Assembly (NCBI GenBank): GCA_963706575.1
Contig: CAVPNL010000001.1
Location: forward strand, 128,001-192,000
Direction of reading: 5' to 3'
DNA length: 64,000 nt
Source: an uncultured delta proteobacterium
GTDB taxonomy: Bacteria > Desulfobacterota > Desulfobacteria > Desulfobacterales > JAHEIW01
In this document: piece after piece, positions 1 to 10,021 of the stretch
Numbering within the stretch: the stretch's first letter is position 1
Layout: every line of letters begins with the position of its first letter
Position numbers and translations under genes: made by a program
Notes under the pieces: generated by a model
The model's input: only the letters and a program-made list of their open reading frames with translations
What the model was told of the DNA's origin: nothing
Database searches by the model: none

Positions 1-933
1 CCCGTCATGACCCGGGCCAATGCCAAAGAGGTTTACCGGGCGCTCGAAAAAGTGGATTTTATGGCGGTTTCTGATTTTTTTATGACCCCGACGGCTGAAC
101 TGGCGGATATAGTGTTGCCGGCGGCCACCTGGCTTGAAATGGACTACATCGGAGATTACTGGAAACGACACGGTTACATTTTACCCAGACGTAAAGTGGT
201 TCAGGTGGGGGAATGCCGGTCCGATCATGAAATGCTCAATGATCTGGCCCATCGTGTGGGCCAGGGGGAGCACTGGTGGGATGATTTTGAACAGGCGCTG
301 GATTGGATATTGGAACCGCTGGGGATTTCATGGCAGGATTTCAAGCAGATGGACTACATGCGCGGCGAGGTGATCAACCAAAAGTATAAAGTAAAGGGAT
401 TCAGCACACCGAGCCGGAAGTTTGAGCTATATTCCACCTCGCTAGAAAAATGGGGCTATGACCCCCTCCCGCAACACCGGGAACCACCAGAAAGCCCCTA
501 CAGTACTCCTGACCGTTTCAAAGACTATCCGTATATCCTGATTACCGGCCGCAGGCAGCCCGGGTTTTTTCATACGGAAAACAGGCAGATCTCCTGGCTG
601 CGTGAGCTTCACAGAGACCCAACAGTGGAAATCCATCCCCTGACCGCCAAGAAGGAAGGCATCAATGAGGGCGACTGGGTGGTTATTGAATCTCCCCGGG
701 GTAAGGTCAGACAGCGGGCCAAATTATTTGAAGGTATGGACCCGCGAGTGGTTTCTGCCGAGCATGCCTGGTGGTTTCCTGAAAAAAATGACCCCGCTCA
801 CGGATGGGAGGAATCCAACATCAATATTTTGACCGACAATGCATACGAGACCTGCGACCCCGCTATGGGCGCGACCCATGTCAGGACTCTCCTTTGCAGA
901 ATATATCCTGAAAATCAAGGAACCGACTCATGA
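1..933 (+). CDS. Molybdopterin/tungstopterin (bis-PGD) oxidoreductase, acetylene-hydratase-like; C-terminal part, cut by the window edge
   Basis: DFFMTPTAELADIVLPAA, GFSTPSRKFELYS and FFHTENRQ..LRE motifs plus the molybdopterin dinucleotide-binding C-terminal domain; close paralog of 24467-26557. Confidence 0.88.
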   Translation, partial: PVMTRANAKEVYRALEKVDFMAVSDFFMTPTAELADIVLPAATWLEMDYIGDYWKRHGYILPRRKVVQVGECRSDHEMLNDLAHRVGQGEHWWDDFEQALDWILEPLGISWQDFKQMDYMRGEVINQKYKVKGFSTPSRKFELYSTSLEKWGYDPLPQHREPPESPYSTPDRFKDYPYILITGRRQPGFFHTENRQISWLRELHRDPTVEIHPLTAKKEGINEGDWVVIESPRGKVRQRAKLFEGMDPRVVSAEHAWWFPEKNDPAHGWEESNINILTDNAYETCDPAMGATHVRTLLCRIYPENQGTDS

Positions 934-1391
934 AAACCTATGACCTGGAAATTGATAACGAAGCCTGCTGGGGTTGTAAGACCTGTGAAGTTGCCTGTAA
1001 ACAGGAGAACAGGGCACCTGACGGTGTCAAACTCATTTCTGTTTCGGAAGACGGGCCCGGGATGATCGCTGGAAAGCTCGATTTTGTTTACCGGGTAAAT
1101 CTGTGCAGACACTGCGATGACGCACCCTGTGCTGACGCCTGCCCCGAAGAAGCGATTGTCAGGCGATCCGACGGTATGGTGGTCATGGATTATGATCTGT
1201 GCACCGGTTGTCAGTCCTGCATCTCAGCGTGTCCGTACGATGCCATTGAATTTGACGATAATAAAGACATTGCCCAAAAGTGCAATCTTTGTCATCACCG
1301 GATTGAAAACGGTCTCATCCCCGCCTGCGCGGATAATGTCTGTCCGGCGCATTGCATATATTTTTCAATCAACGACACCCCTCCGCCTTGA
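930..1391 (+). CDS. 4Fe-4S electron-transfer subunit (DmsB/NrfC-like)
   Basis: CWGCKTCEVAC, CRHCDDAPCADACP, CTGCQSCISACP and KCNLC motifs; ATGA overlap with the upstream gene. Confidence 0.9.
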   Translation: MKTYDLEIDNEACWGCKTCEVACKQENRAPDGVKLISVSEDGPGMIAGKLDFVYRVNLCRHCDDAPCADACPEEAIVRRSDGMVVMDYDLCTGCQSCISACPYDAIEFDDNKDIAQKCNLCHHRIENGLIPACADNVCPAHCIYFSINDTPPP

Positions 1392-1503
1392 TTTTATCCT
1401 TGCAACAAGATAGAGAGGGCAATAGAGTAAAAAAGGACGCAGACAATTATGGAAAGAGCGGCTTACTGCGATTTCCGGTGCACATTTAAAAAGGAAAACT
1501 GAA

Positions 1504-1911
1504 ATGGTCAAATTTATGGTTAAATTTGTTGTTCTGATGTTGCTGCTGATGGGATGTGCTGGTCTTGCTAAGGAAGAAAAAAATTGGATGAAGTTTGACC
1601 AGACATCCAAGGCTTATCTTCTGGCGCTTCGCTGGGGAGAATATGAGGGCGCCTATGGTTTTAGAGGACATCCGAATATTAATGATAAAAAACCGGATTT
1701 TCAGGACCTCAGTGATGTCAGGGTAACATCTTACAAAGTCAAACAAACGATTATTTCAGAAAACAAAATGATCGTTATACAATTAGTCGATTTTCAGTAC
1801 TACCGGATGCGAAATGTAACCGTGAGAACCCTCACCGATCACCAAAAATGGAAATTTGACGAAGAAAAGGAAAAATGGTATCTCCTCAGTGATTTGCCGC
1901 ACTTTGAGTAA
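1504..1911 (+). CDS. Putative lipoprotein
   Basis: Hydrophobic signal peptide ending in the lipobox LMGC. Confidence 0.7.
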   Translation: MVKFMVKFVVLMLLLMGCAGLAKEEKNWMKFDQTSKAYLLALRWGEYEGAYGFRGHPNINDKKPDFQDLSDVRVTSYKVKQTIISENKMIVIQLVDFQYYRMRNVTVRTLTDHQKWKFDEEKEKWYLLSDLPHFE

Positions 1912-2163
1912 ACATTAATTTTACACATATAAATTCGTTACGACTAGGACAGTATCAATCGATCCTGCATTGTTCTCCTACCTTGCCAATTAAAACACCT
2001 GCTGTTTTGGATGTTTTATGCAGGGAATCCTGCAAAATTTTCTCTCCCGAATAAATGTTCACTATATTTCAGAATGAAAAAAATGCTCGCATAGGCAGCG
2101 GAGTCATATCCTTAAAAAGTATTGACAATTTTTATGGTTCTGCTTAACAGATATTATCTTTAA

Positions 2164-2176
2164 TAAGTCAGACTTA
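2164..2176. promoter_or_regulatory. Candidate GntR/FadR operator upstream of the first dehalogenase
   Basis: Palindrome TAAGTC-A-GACTTA (GT-N3-AC core), downstream of TTGACA at 2122 and upstream of the RBS; a FadR-type gene follows in the same run. Confidence 0.5.
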
Positions 2177-2198
2177 ATTATCGATAAAGAGGGGTATT

Positions 2199-3386
2199 AT
2201 GAGTATTGCAGCAACATTTCAGCGAGCATACAGAGCAAAAAAACTGGATCCTTATCCGCTGGAGATTCTCAAAAGAGTCGATCGCCCCACAACAAGGGTC
2301 ATAGACCATGAAATTCAACGGGTCGATGAGCGTGAAAGTGGTTTTAACCGGGCGCTGCGAGGCGACTGGGGACCCCAGCTTTCAAAGGAGAGGCATCGCT
2401 TTGTCGCCAAACATCCGTTATCGGGCGCTCTGGTCAATATGCAGTTCACCCTGAGTGAGCTTGTAGATGGTATGGCCGCCGCCAAAGAAGCCCCCGGCAC
2501 GGGCGACCCGGTTAAGATGGCGCGCCATATCAAAGAAGCCGCTTATTTTTTGCGCGCCGATCAGGTCGGGATCTGTAAATTGCCACCTTATGCGGTTTAC
2601 AGCCACGGCATGGACACCGGGGAACCCGTTGAACTGAATCATCGTTATGCCATTGCCATTTTAATCGATCAGGATTTTAAAACGGCTGATGCCAGCGTTG
2701 GAAACGACTGGATCAGCAATTCGATGAGTTTTTTGGCCTATTCCACCTCGGGATTTATTGCCTGTATCCTGGCCGACTATATTCGCAGACTGGGCTACTC
2801 CGCGCGTGCCCATCATGCCCGCAATTATCAAGTCGTGCTGCCGCCTATTTTGCTCTGGGCCGGTCTGGGAGAGATGTGCCGCATCGGAGATATCGTGCTC
2901 AATCCGTTTTTAGGACCGAGATTTAAGGCCGCCGTAGTTACCACCGATCTGCCCCTGGCCATAGACAAGCCCATCGATTTTGGGGTTCAGGACTTCTGTT
3001 CAAAATGCAAACAATGTGCGCGCTATTGTCCGTCGGGTGCGATTCCTTTTGGTGACAAGGTGATTTATAACGGCTACGAAAAATGGCCGAATGATATGGG
3101 AAAATGCACCAAACAGCGGGTGGGAAACAAGCAAGGCTCGGGTTGCGGCGTTTGTGTATGCGTCTGTCCCTGGAACAAACCCTACACACCGTTCCATCGA
3201 TTTATACAGTGGTCCATGCGCAACATCCCCGTAGCCCGGAACTTTGCCGTATGGGGAGATGAGCTTTTTGGATACGATCAACCCAATCTTAAAAACAAGT
3301 GGTGGCTGGATCTGGAGGATGTGGATGGAGAACTGGTGGTTCCAGCCCATGCAGGCTCCAGAGGTAACTTCCGGGAACCCAAATAA
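2199..3386 (+). CDS. rdhA: Reductive dehalogenase, cytoplasmic catabolic (NpRdhA-like) type; B12 plus 2x4Fe-4S
   Basis: AGLGEMCRIG..LNPFLGPRFKAAVVTTDLPL, FCSKCKQCARYCP and GCGVCVCVCPW motifs; PYPLE..KRVD.PTT N-terminus; no Tat signal. Confidence 0.88.
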   Translation: MSIAATFQRAYRAKKLDPYPLEILKRVDRPTTRVIDHEIQRVDERESGFNRALRGDWGPQLSKERHRFVAKHPLSGALVNMQFTLSELVDGMAAAKEAPGTGDPVKMARHIKEAAYFLRADQVGICKLPPYAVYSHGMDTGEPVELNHRYAIAILIDQDFKTADASVGNDWISNSMSFLAYSTSGFIACILADYIRRLGYSARAHHARNYQVVLPPILLWAGLGEMCRIGDIVLNPFLGPRFKAAVVTTDLPLAIDKPIDFGVQDFCSKCKQCARYCPSGAIPFGDKVIYNGYEKWPNDMGKCTKQRVGNKQGSGCGVCVCVCPWNKPYTPFHRFIQWSMRNIPVARNFAVWGDELFGYDQPNLKNKWWLDLEDVDGELVVPAHAGSRGNFREPK

Positions 3387-3388
3387 AA

Positions 3389-3549
3389 ACCTAAATGGAT
3401 CGATTGCCGATCTTAGTCCGCCTGCGGCGGATCAGATGCCGTCCCGCATCCGTCATACTTTCTAGCGGATAGCGGAACAACATCTTCCTTGTAGCTGTGG
3501 CAATCCTCCAGAGGCGAATTTTCGACCTCGACAATCGCTCAGCTTAGGT
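3389..3549. repeat. MITE/REP-like hairpin element, copy 1
   Basis: Imperfect terminal inverted repeat ACCTAA..GATTGCCGA / TCGACAATC..TTAGGT; homologous to 59417-59540. Confidence 0.75.
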
Positions 3550-3579
3550 AAAAAGAAAAATTTTTTGGAAATAAAGCCA

Positions 3580-4338
3580 ATGGAAACTGAAGCATCGAAG
3601 CAAAAAAATATCGGGGAAGGCATGTTTCGACCCCTGAAAAAGAAACGGTTTTCCGATCAGATTGCGGATCTGATTCAGAAAAAAATTTTGGAGGACAGCC
3701 TTGAAGTCGGCACCAACCTTCCTTCGGAAAAAGCGATGGCAGATGAGTTTCAGGTCAGCCGTTCCGTGATCAGGGAAGCCCTGAGGATATTGGAGATATC
3801 GGGTCTTGTCAGTATCAAAAAGGGACCCACCGGTGGGATTTTTGTCTCCAACGTATATCATGCGCCCATCAAAAGATCGCTGAATAATCTGATCACCTGC
3901 GGTGAGGTTACGGTTGACCATCTCTATGATGCGCGTCTTTTGATCGAACCGCACATTGCCGGGCAGGCCGCCTTACACGCCGGTGAGGCGGATTTAGAAA
4001 AGTTTCGTGCACTATTTGAGGATTCTGCCGCCCATCTTGATGATCCCGTGCGCCTCAAAAAGAACAATCTTGAATTTCACCTATTGTTGGCGCGAGCTTC
4101 CGGTAACCCGGTTCTGACGGTAATGCTGGAGTCTGTATTTGAATTGTTGGCCGAACGAACCCTGAGTTATCTTGATCTCGAACTCGAAAGAAAATTTTTC
4201 AAAATCCATAAAGCGATATTCGAAGTGATTACCCGACGGCAACCTGAAGAAACCAGCCGGCTTATTCGGGAAGATATCATTGATGTCATGGAGACCTTGA
4301 AAACATTCAACAAGCACGAAGAGGTCGGGACCACCTAA
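3580..4338 (+). CDS. GntR/FadR family transcriptional regulator
   Basis: LPSEKAMADEFQVSRSVIREAL winged HTH; FCD domain with FH..LARASGNPVL. Confidence 0.93.
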   Translation: METEASKQKNIGEGMFRPLKKKRFSDQIADLIQKKILEDSLEVGTNLPSEKAMADEFQVSRSVIREALRILEISGLVSIKKGPTGGIFVSNVYHAPIKRSLNNLITCGEVTVDHLYDARLLIEPHIAGQAALHAGEADLEKFRALFEDSAAHLDDPVRLKKNNLEFHLLLARASGNPVLTVMLESVFELLAERTLSYLDLELERKFFKIHKAIFEVITRRQPEETSRLIREDIIDVMETLKTFNKHEEVGTT

Positions 4339-4385
4339 AGGTTGGTTCAGGGCTCAAGGGTTTCACCGGTTCAAAGTCTTGTTAC

Positions 4386-4463
4386 ATTAGTTTAATTTGT
4401 CTCATTGGTTGAATTGGTTGGCTTAAACCGAACCAATTGAACGAATTAAACCAATCAAACCAC
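4386..4463. repeat. Inverted array of short units (ATTGGTT / AACCAAT)
   Basis: ATTGGTTGAATTGGTT followed by AACCAATTGAACGAATTAAACCAATCAAACCA. Confidence 0.6.
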
Positions 4464-4582
4464 TTAGACACAAATGATTTTTCTTAAACTTAATATGCGA
4501 TCGTTGAACTTTTGAACGAGAAGATCAACATCTGAAGCCATGAATTAACGGGATTGGATTAACACATTGGGAGTGTACGTAA

Positions 4583-6031
4583 ATGACTAATCTGTTAGGT
4601 TACATCGTTATTCTGGGACTTGCGCTCCAGGCTTTTATCGGACTCGCATTTTTGATTTCCTCCATCTGGGAAAAGGAAGAGCGGGCCTCGATATTTGCCG
4701 GCATTCAATTTTTAGGCATGTTCGGCTTACTGATTCTTTTTATCTACTGGCAGGCGAGCCGATTTTTCGAATCCGGTACCGGCCTTTTCATCTTAATCAG
4801 TTCTTTTATCGTCGGGATTCTGGCTGTCGTTTTTTGTGTGAGGCAGACACCGGTGAATCAACGCGCTTTGGAAGGCACCCGGGGTTTGATTGTCGGTGAG
4901 GTCAAACGTTTTGATGAGCGCAAGCACGTTTTTGCCAGAAACCGGGCCCTTAAACCGGGATCGGATCAATACAATGCGTTCTACAAGGAAAACCCGGAAC
5001 TTGAAGCAGGCGATGCCGCCAGAAGAGAAAAAGGCGGACCCATGGGCCATCCGGGCCGAGTAGACCGACCTCATGACGGCCCCAATGTGGCGGGCACCCT
5101 GGCATCGCTGTCGCTCTGCCTGTGGCTTTCATCTTTAGATAAGGTTAAGCCCCAGGCCCATCCGGAGTGTAAAGGTAAAAAGGTCGACATGAGTCCTGAA
5201 GAAGCCACTGTGCGGGTTAAAGGCTTCGCTAAAAATAGGGGCGCTGTTTTGGTGGGAGTCACCGAGATCAACCCCCTTTGGGTTTTTTCGCACAAAGGCG
5301 AGATTTTCCACGAAAATTGGGAGGACTGGGGCAGGCCCCTCGAAGCCAAGCATAAATATGCCATCGTGTTTGCCGAGGAGATGGATTTTGAAATGATCGG
5401 ATCGGCTCCGCATACACCGACGGTCATGGAAAGCATGAGCGCTTATGCCAAAGGCGCATTTATTGCCGCTCAACTTGCTAACTTCGTTGTCAATATGGGT
5501 TATTCGGCAACGACCGATCAACTGCGCTACTATGAAGAGTTGCTGGTTCCCCTGGCGGTGGATGCAGGCCTGGGAGAAGCGGGCCGCCTCGGGTATCTAT
5601 TGACACAGAAATATGGCCCGCGCGTGAGGTTGAGTGCTGTTACAACTGATCTTCCGCTGGTCCCCGACAAGCCGGTCGATATTGGTGTTGAACATTTTTG
5701 CAAAATTTGTAAAAAATGTGCAGTCTGTTGCCCTTCAAACTCCATACCGCTGGATGACCAAAAGGAGGTCAACGGGACGCTGCGCTGGAAATTAAATGCT
5801 GAAACCTGCTTTGACTACTGGGGGAAAGTCGGCACCGACTGCAACGTCTGCATGAAGGTGTGCCCCTGGAGTCATGCGAATACAATGCCCCACCAGTTGA
5901 TAAAGTGGCTGGTGAGTCGCAACAGCATTTCAAGACACCTCTTTGCGGTCATGGATGATATTTTTTACGGCAAACGCCCCAAGGCCAGACCGGCCCCCAA
6001 ATGGGCGCAGTTTAAACCCTATCATAAATGA
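4583..6031 (+). CDS. rdhA: Reductive dehalogenase with N-terminal transmembrane helices (hybrid type)
   Basis: About three hydrophobic segments in residues 1-87; AGLGEAGRLG..GPRVRLSAVTTDLPL, FCKICKKCAVCCP and CNVCMKVCPW motifs. Confidence 0.85.
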   Translation: MTNLLGYIVILGLALQAFIGLAFLISSIWEKEERASIFAGIQFLGMFGLLILFIYWQASRFFESGTGLFILISSFIVGILAVVFCVRQTPVNQRALEGTRGLIVGEVKRFDERKHVFARNRALKPGSDQYNAFYKENPELEAGDAARREKGGPMGHPGRVDRPHDGPNVAGTLASLSLCLWLSSLDKVKPQAHPECKGKKVDMSPEEATVRVKGFAKNRGAVLVGVTEINPLWVFSHKGEIFHENWEDWGRPLEAKHKYAIVFAEEMDFEMIGSAPHTPTVMESMSAYAKGAFIAAQLANFVVNMGYSATTDQLRYYEELLVPLAVDAGLGEAGRLGYLLTQKYGPRVRLSAVTTDLPLVPDKPVDIGVEHFCKICKKCAVCCPSNSIPLDDQKEVNGTLRWKLNAETCFDYWGKVGTDCNVCMKVCPWSHANTMPHQLIKWLVSRNSISRHLFAVMDDIFYGKRPKARPAPKWAQFKPYHK

Positions 6032-6125
6032 TATTTTACAAATACGGCTTTGTACATCCGTACAAAGAAGAGATAAGTGCAACCCTATAATCTAACATAA
6101 TCACACCTACGAAAAAGGCTTGCTT

Positions 6126-7460
6126 ATGGACGTTAAACAAAAATATTGGAATCCTGTTCTGGAAACCCTGCCGCAGGAAAAAATTCATCAACTGCAGCTC
6201 AAAAAGTTCAAGCAGATTTTCAGGTGGACCTATGAGCATTCAAAATTCCACCGGCAGCTTTATGAGCAGGCTGGTATAAAGCCCGATGATATCCGGTCTT
6301 TTGAGAATATCCGGCAGGTACCCAAAGTGGAAAAGGCCATGATGCGGGACATCCAGCGTAAGGAGCCGTTTCCGTATGGTGATGCCCTCTGTGTGCCGCT
6401 TGATGAGGTCACCATCTTTCGCCAGACAAGCGGCACCACCGGCCAGCCCGTCTACCAGCCCGACACCTGGCAGGATTGGGAATGGTGGATGGAGTGCTGG
6501 TCGTATATCCTCTGGGCTCAGGGATACCGCCCGCAGGATCGGGTGTTTATGCCTTTTGGTTATAATATATTTGTGGCCTTCTGGGCCGGCCATTATGCTG
6601 CTGAAAAGATCGGTTGCGAAGTGATACCGGGAGGAGTTCTGGATACAAAGGCGCGGATTTTAAAGATCCAGGAACTGCAGGCCACAGCCATGATGGGCAC
6701 CCCCACCTATATTCTGGGGATGGCCGAAACTGCCCGCCTGAAAATGGGTATAGACCCCGCCCAGTTGCCGATCAGCAAAATTACCTGTGCCGGTGAAAGC
6801 GGTGCCAGCATTCCCAGCACCAAAAAGCGGCTGGAAGAGGCCTGGGGTGCCAAGGTTTACGATCACGCCGGCGCAACCGAAATCGGCGCCTGGTCATTTG
6901 AATGCACCGAACAACCCGGCGGCATGCATGCCAATGAAGCCTTGTTTCTGGTGGAAATCGAAGATTTTGAAACCGGTGAGATCATCGAGACGCCCGGGCG
7001 CAGAGGCAAAATGGTCATCACCGCCCTGGACCGTATGGCCCAGCCCTGTGTACGTTTTGATTCCAAAGATGTCATCGAATGGGCGGCCGAGCCGTGTTCC
7101 TGCGGCCGGACCTCACGCTTGATCAAGGGCGGCGTGGTGGGCCGGGCGGATGATATCACCAAGGTAAAAGGGGTGCTGCTGGCGCCATCGGCGATTGAAG
7201 AAGTGGTGCGCAGCATCGAAGGTTTGGGCGATGAATATGAAGTCATCGTGGAAAAAGCGGGGGATTCCGATCGGATCAAGCTCAGGGTGGAGGTGTTGCC
7301 GCAGGCCGAGGAACAATGCACGCTGATAGAAACCGAGCTGGTCGACCAGCTCAGGCTGAAGACCAATTTGCGGTATGATATTGAAATCTGCGGTTACGAA
7401 ACCCTGCCGCGGTATGAAGTCAAGGCCAAGCGTTTTAAAGACTTACGCAAAAAAAAGTAG
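6126..7460 (+). CDS. paaK: Phenylacetate-CoA ligase family protein
   Basis: YWNP.LETLP.E N-terminus; QTSGTTGQP, DHAGATE and CSCGRT..GRADD..KVKG motifs. Confidence 0.88.
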   Translation: MDVKQKYWNPVLETLPQEKIHQLQLKKFKQIFRWTYEHSKFHRQLYEQAGIKPDDIRSFENIRQVPKVEKAMMRDIQRKEPFPYGDALCVPLDEVTIFRQTSGTTGQPVYQPDTWQDWEWWMECWSYILWAQGYRPQDRVFMPFGYNIFVAFWAGHYAAEKIGCEVIPGGVLDTKARILKIQELQATAMMGTPTYILGMAETARLKMGIDPAQLPISKITCAGESGASIPSTKKRLEEAWGAKVYDHAGATEIGAWSFECTEQPGGMHANEALFLVEIEDFETGEIIETPGRRGKMVITALDRMAQPCVRFDSKDVIEWAAEPCSCGRTSRLIKGGVVGRADDITKVKGVLLAPSAIEEVVRSIEGLGDEYEVIVEKAGDSDRIKLRVEVLPQAEEQCTLIETELVDQLRLKTNLRYDIEICGYETLPRYEVKAKRFKDLRKKK

Positions 7461-7500
7461 AGCTAAGTTTTCAATAGTTGAGGGGCCGGGAAATTTCAAT

Positions 7501-7573
7501 TGTTATGCCCGCCTATGCGGGCATCCAGCTTTTTAGCAAGATATCTCTGGATTCCCGCTTGCGCGGGAATGAC
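7501..7573. repeat. REP-like paired palindromes (ATTCCCGC..GCGGGAAT type)
   Basis: TGTTATGCCCGCCTATGCGGGCATCCAG ... CTGGATTCCCGCTTGCGCGGGAATGAC in inverted orientation. Confidence 0.8.
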
Positions 7574-7641
7574 TATTTAGCAATAAATAATTCTGAGAAT
7601 TCTGAAAATCCTGTCGAATAAAATAAAAATGAGGAAAAGCG

Positions 7642-7821
7642 ATGGCACAGCAAATCGATTTAAATCAAATCAATGACAAGATTCAGCTGATGAAGAAAAC
7701 GGCTGAGGAACTCAACCGCATCGGGGAAGATTTTCCGGCGATTGCTCGCAACACCGTGCGCATACTGGCCAGTGTCAAAATGCTGGAAATCAATGTATCG
7801 GATTTGGTTGAATTGGGATAA
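7642..7821 (+). CDS. Small helical hypothetical protein, 59 aa, below the ORF-track cutoff
   Basis: GAGGA RBS at 7631; MAQQIDLNQINDKIQLMKKTAEELNRIGEDFPAIARNTVRILASVKMLEINVSDLVELG. Confidence 0.75.
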   Translation: MAQQIDLNQINDKIQLMKKTAEELNRIGEDFPAIARNTVRILASVKMLEINVSDLVELG

Positions 7822-7893
7822 TTGCCACTTATCGTTCACCGCCCACTTTTAATTTCGAAATACAACCCCTGCCGCATGGCCTAATGGTATATC

Positions 7894-8505
7894 ATGAACT
7901 GGGAACAATTTACTCAAGAACTGTTTAGACTGGCTGAACCATACCTGGAAACAAGGAATGATCTTCTTCATACCCGGGTCGCGCATCAATACGCCGTGTA
8001 TCTTCTTGAAAAAGAAGCTGGCGACAAAAAGATAGTTGAACCCGCTGTTATTCTCCACGATGTTGGCTGGTCCCAGCTAAAACCCGAGGAGATAAAGATC
8101 GCCTTTGGAGCGAATGCCAAAGGTGAAAGAGCCAAGCAGCTGAATCGTATCCACGAAGTGGAGGGGGCCAGAATCGCCCGGGAGATTCTCACAAAACTGA
8201 ATTATGACCGGTTGTCCATTGATATAATTGCTCGGATCATTGAAAAGCATGATTCCGGTAAAAATCCTCAAACGATCGAAGAGAAACTGGTCAAGGATGC
8301 AGACAGACTTTGGCGATTTTCCAAAATCGGTTACTATCATGAGATGGAGCGGCAGAATACAACCCATGAAGCCAGGTACCATTTTCTAATCCAGAATATG
8401 GGTAAATGGTTCTTTACAAAAACAGCGAAAGAGCTGGCCGATACGGAACTTCAAGAGCGTGTCAAAGAGCATTCAGATCTTAAGGCATCGCAGAAAAAGG
8501 TGTAA
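7894..8505 (+). CDS. HD-domain metal-dependent phosphohydrolase
   Basis: HTRVA, ILHDVGW, HEVEGA, HD and DADRL motifs. Confidence 0.9.
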   Translation: MNWEQFTQELFRLAEPYLETRNDLLHTRVAHQYAVYLLEKEAGDKKIVEPAVILHDVGWSQLKPEEIKIAFGANAKGERAKQLNRIHEVEGARIAREILTKLNYDRLSIDIIARIIEKHDSGKNPQTIEEKLVKDADRLWRFSKIGYYHEMERQNTTHEARYHFLIQNMGKWFFTKTAKELADTELQERVKEHSDLKASQKKV

Positions 8506-8541
8506 AAAATTTTAGCGGTTAAATAGCAGGGAGACCCTACG

Positions 8542-9981
8542 ATGGAAAGCGGTTTGCGGCTGAAATTGTTAACTTCAGAAGAGATAACGACGATTTTTGA
8601 AAAGTGCCAAGATGTATTGTCAAAGAAAGGTATGAAGATTGATCATCCGCATGTCTTGAAAATGCTGGACAAAGCGGGTGCACGGGTTGATTTTAAAAGT
8701 CGTCAGGTTCGGTTCCCTAAGGACATCATCGGAGCGGCACTGGATAATGTGCCGCACTGTTTTCTGCTGGCGGGCAGAGATGAACGCCATGATATGGTTC
8801 TCCCTGACCCCAACGGTGTCTTTCATGTCCGCAATGGTTCAGGTGCTTTTAGATATTTCGATCCCGAATCGGATGTGTTCCGCTATGTAACCTTGGCAGA
8901 TGTAAAAATCTGTGCCCAATTCGTGGAAGCCTTGGACGAAATAAGCTTTTGCGCCTTTCCTTCTCCTACCGATGCGCCGAAACAAACCGCCGATATCCAT
9001 GCGCTCAAAGTATTATTAGAAAATACGTCCAAACATATAAATGTTCAACCCTACAGTGCTGAGAGCGTTGAATATCTTTTAGCATTAGCCCAGGTTGTTG
9101 CTGGGTCTGCGGCTCTTAGCAAGCGGCCTGTCATCAGCTTGAGCCCCAACGCTTTCACACCCCTTGGTTTAAAGGCCTATGACGTAGAGGTCATTCTTCA
9201 GTCGACTCGTCTTGGCGTGCCGATACATTGCTGGAGCTTGCCCAGTGCCGGGGCGACTTCCCCGATCACTATCGCCGGAAGCATCCTTCTGATGGGAGTC
9301 GAAATATTATGCATGATCGTTTTGAGTCAGTTGTTGCAGCCCGGTACGCCTGTTATTGCCAACCCGTTCCCCTTTACGACAGACATGGCAACCGGGAATA
9401 GCCTTAATTCGAGTGTTGAAGTTACACTGACAACAGCGGCTGCTGTTGATTATATAAAGCGTGCTTACCGCGTTCCGGTTCATACATATGGGTTTGGCAC
9501 GGATTCTCCAGTAACAGATGGTCAGGCATCGACAGAAACATCGCTGAAGGGGTTGATGGCGTCTTTAGCGGGGGCTGATTTGTTAAGTGGAGCCGGGATG
9601 GTTGAATCGATCAATGGGTTTAGTCTTATTCAATTGCTAGTCGATAATAACCTGGTAGGCCTTTTAAAACGGCTTAACAGAGGGGTGAAGGTTGATGATG
9701 ATACCCTGGCCTGGAAAGAAATTATGAGCACGGATCCGGGCAGCAATTTTCTTGAAAGAATTCATACTTTTGAGCATTGCCGCGAAGCATTGCGTCCTAA
9801 ATTTTTTATCCAAAAAGAATGGGAAGTATGGAACTCAGAAGGAAAGAAGGATCTATATGCCCGTGCTTTTGAAGCCTACAAAGTTTTAAAAGATGGTTTG
9901 CAGCCGGATCCTTTACCCGATGATATTCGAAAAGAACTAAACGCGATCGTAAAAAAAGCTGATGAAAAACTGGCAAAATAG
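8542..9981 (+). CDS. Trimethylamine methyltransferase (MttB superfamily), non-pyrrolysine
   Basis: GATSPITIAG, PGTPVI, GTDS..TDGQ and AGADLLSGAGM motifs; no in-frame TAG. Confidence 0.88.
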   Translation: MESGLRLKLLTSEEITTIFEKCQDVLSKKGMKIDHPHVLKMLDKAGARVDFKSRQVRFPKDIIGAALDNVPHCFLLAGRDERHDMVLPDPNGVFHVRNGSGAFRYFDPESDVFRYVTLADVKICAQFVEALDEISFCAFPSPTDAPKQTADIHALKVLLENTSKHINVQPYSAESVEYLLALAQVVAGSAALSKRPVISLSPNAFTPLGLKAYDVEVILQSTRLGVPIHCWSLPSAGATSPITIAGSILLMGVEILCMIVLSQLLQPGTPVIANPFPFTTDMATGNSLNSSVEVTLTTAAAVDYIKRAYRVPVHTYGFGTDSPVTDGQASTETSLKGLMASLAGADLLSGAGMVESINGFSLIQLLVDNNLVGLLKRLNRGVKVDDDTLAWKEIMSTDPGSNFLERIHTFEHCREALRPKFFIQKEWEVWNSEGKKDLYARAFEAYKVLKDGLQPDPLPDDIRKELNAIVKKADEKLAK

Positions 9982-10021
9982 CCATCTGTGCGATCTTCTG
10001 GAGAAATTCGAGGAGGAATTA

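Noticed and set aside
2199..6031. Classical organohalide-respiration rdhAB operon
   Set aside because: No Tat motif, no rdhB, and no rdhK/rdhT-type accessory genes.
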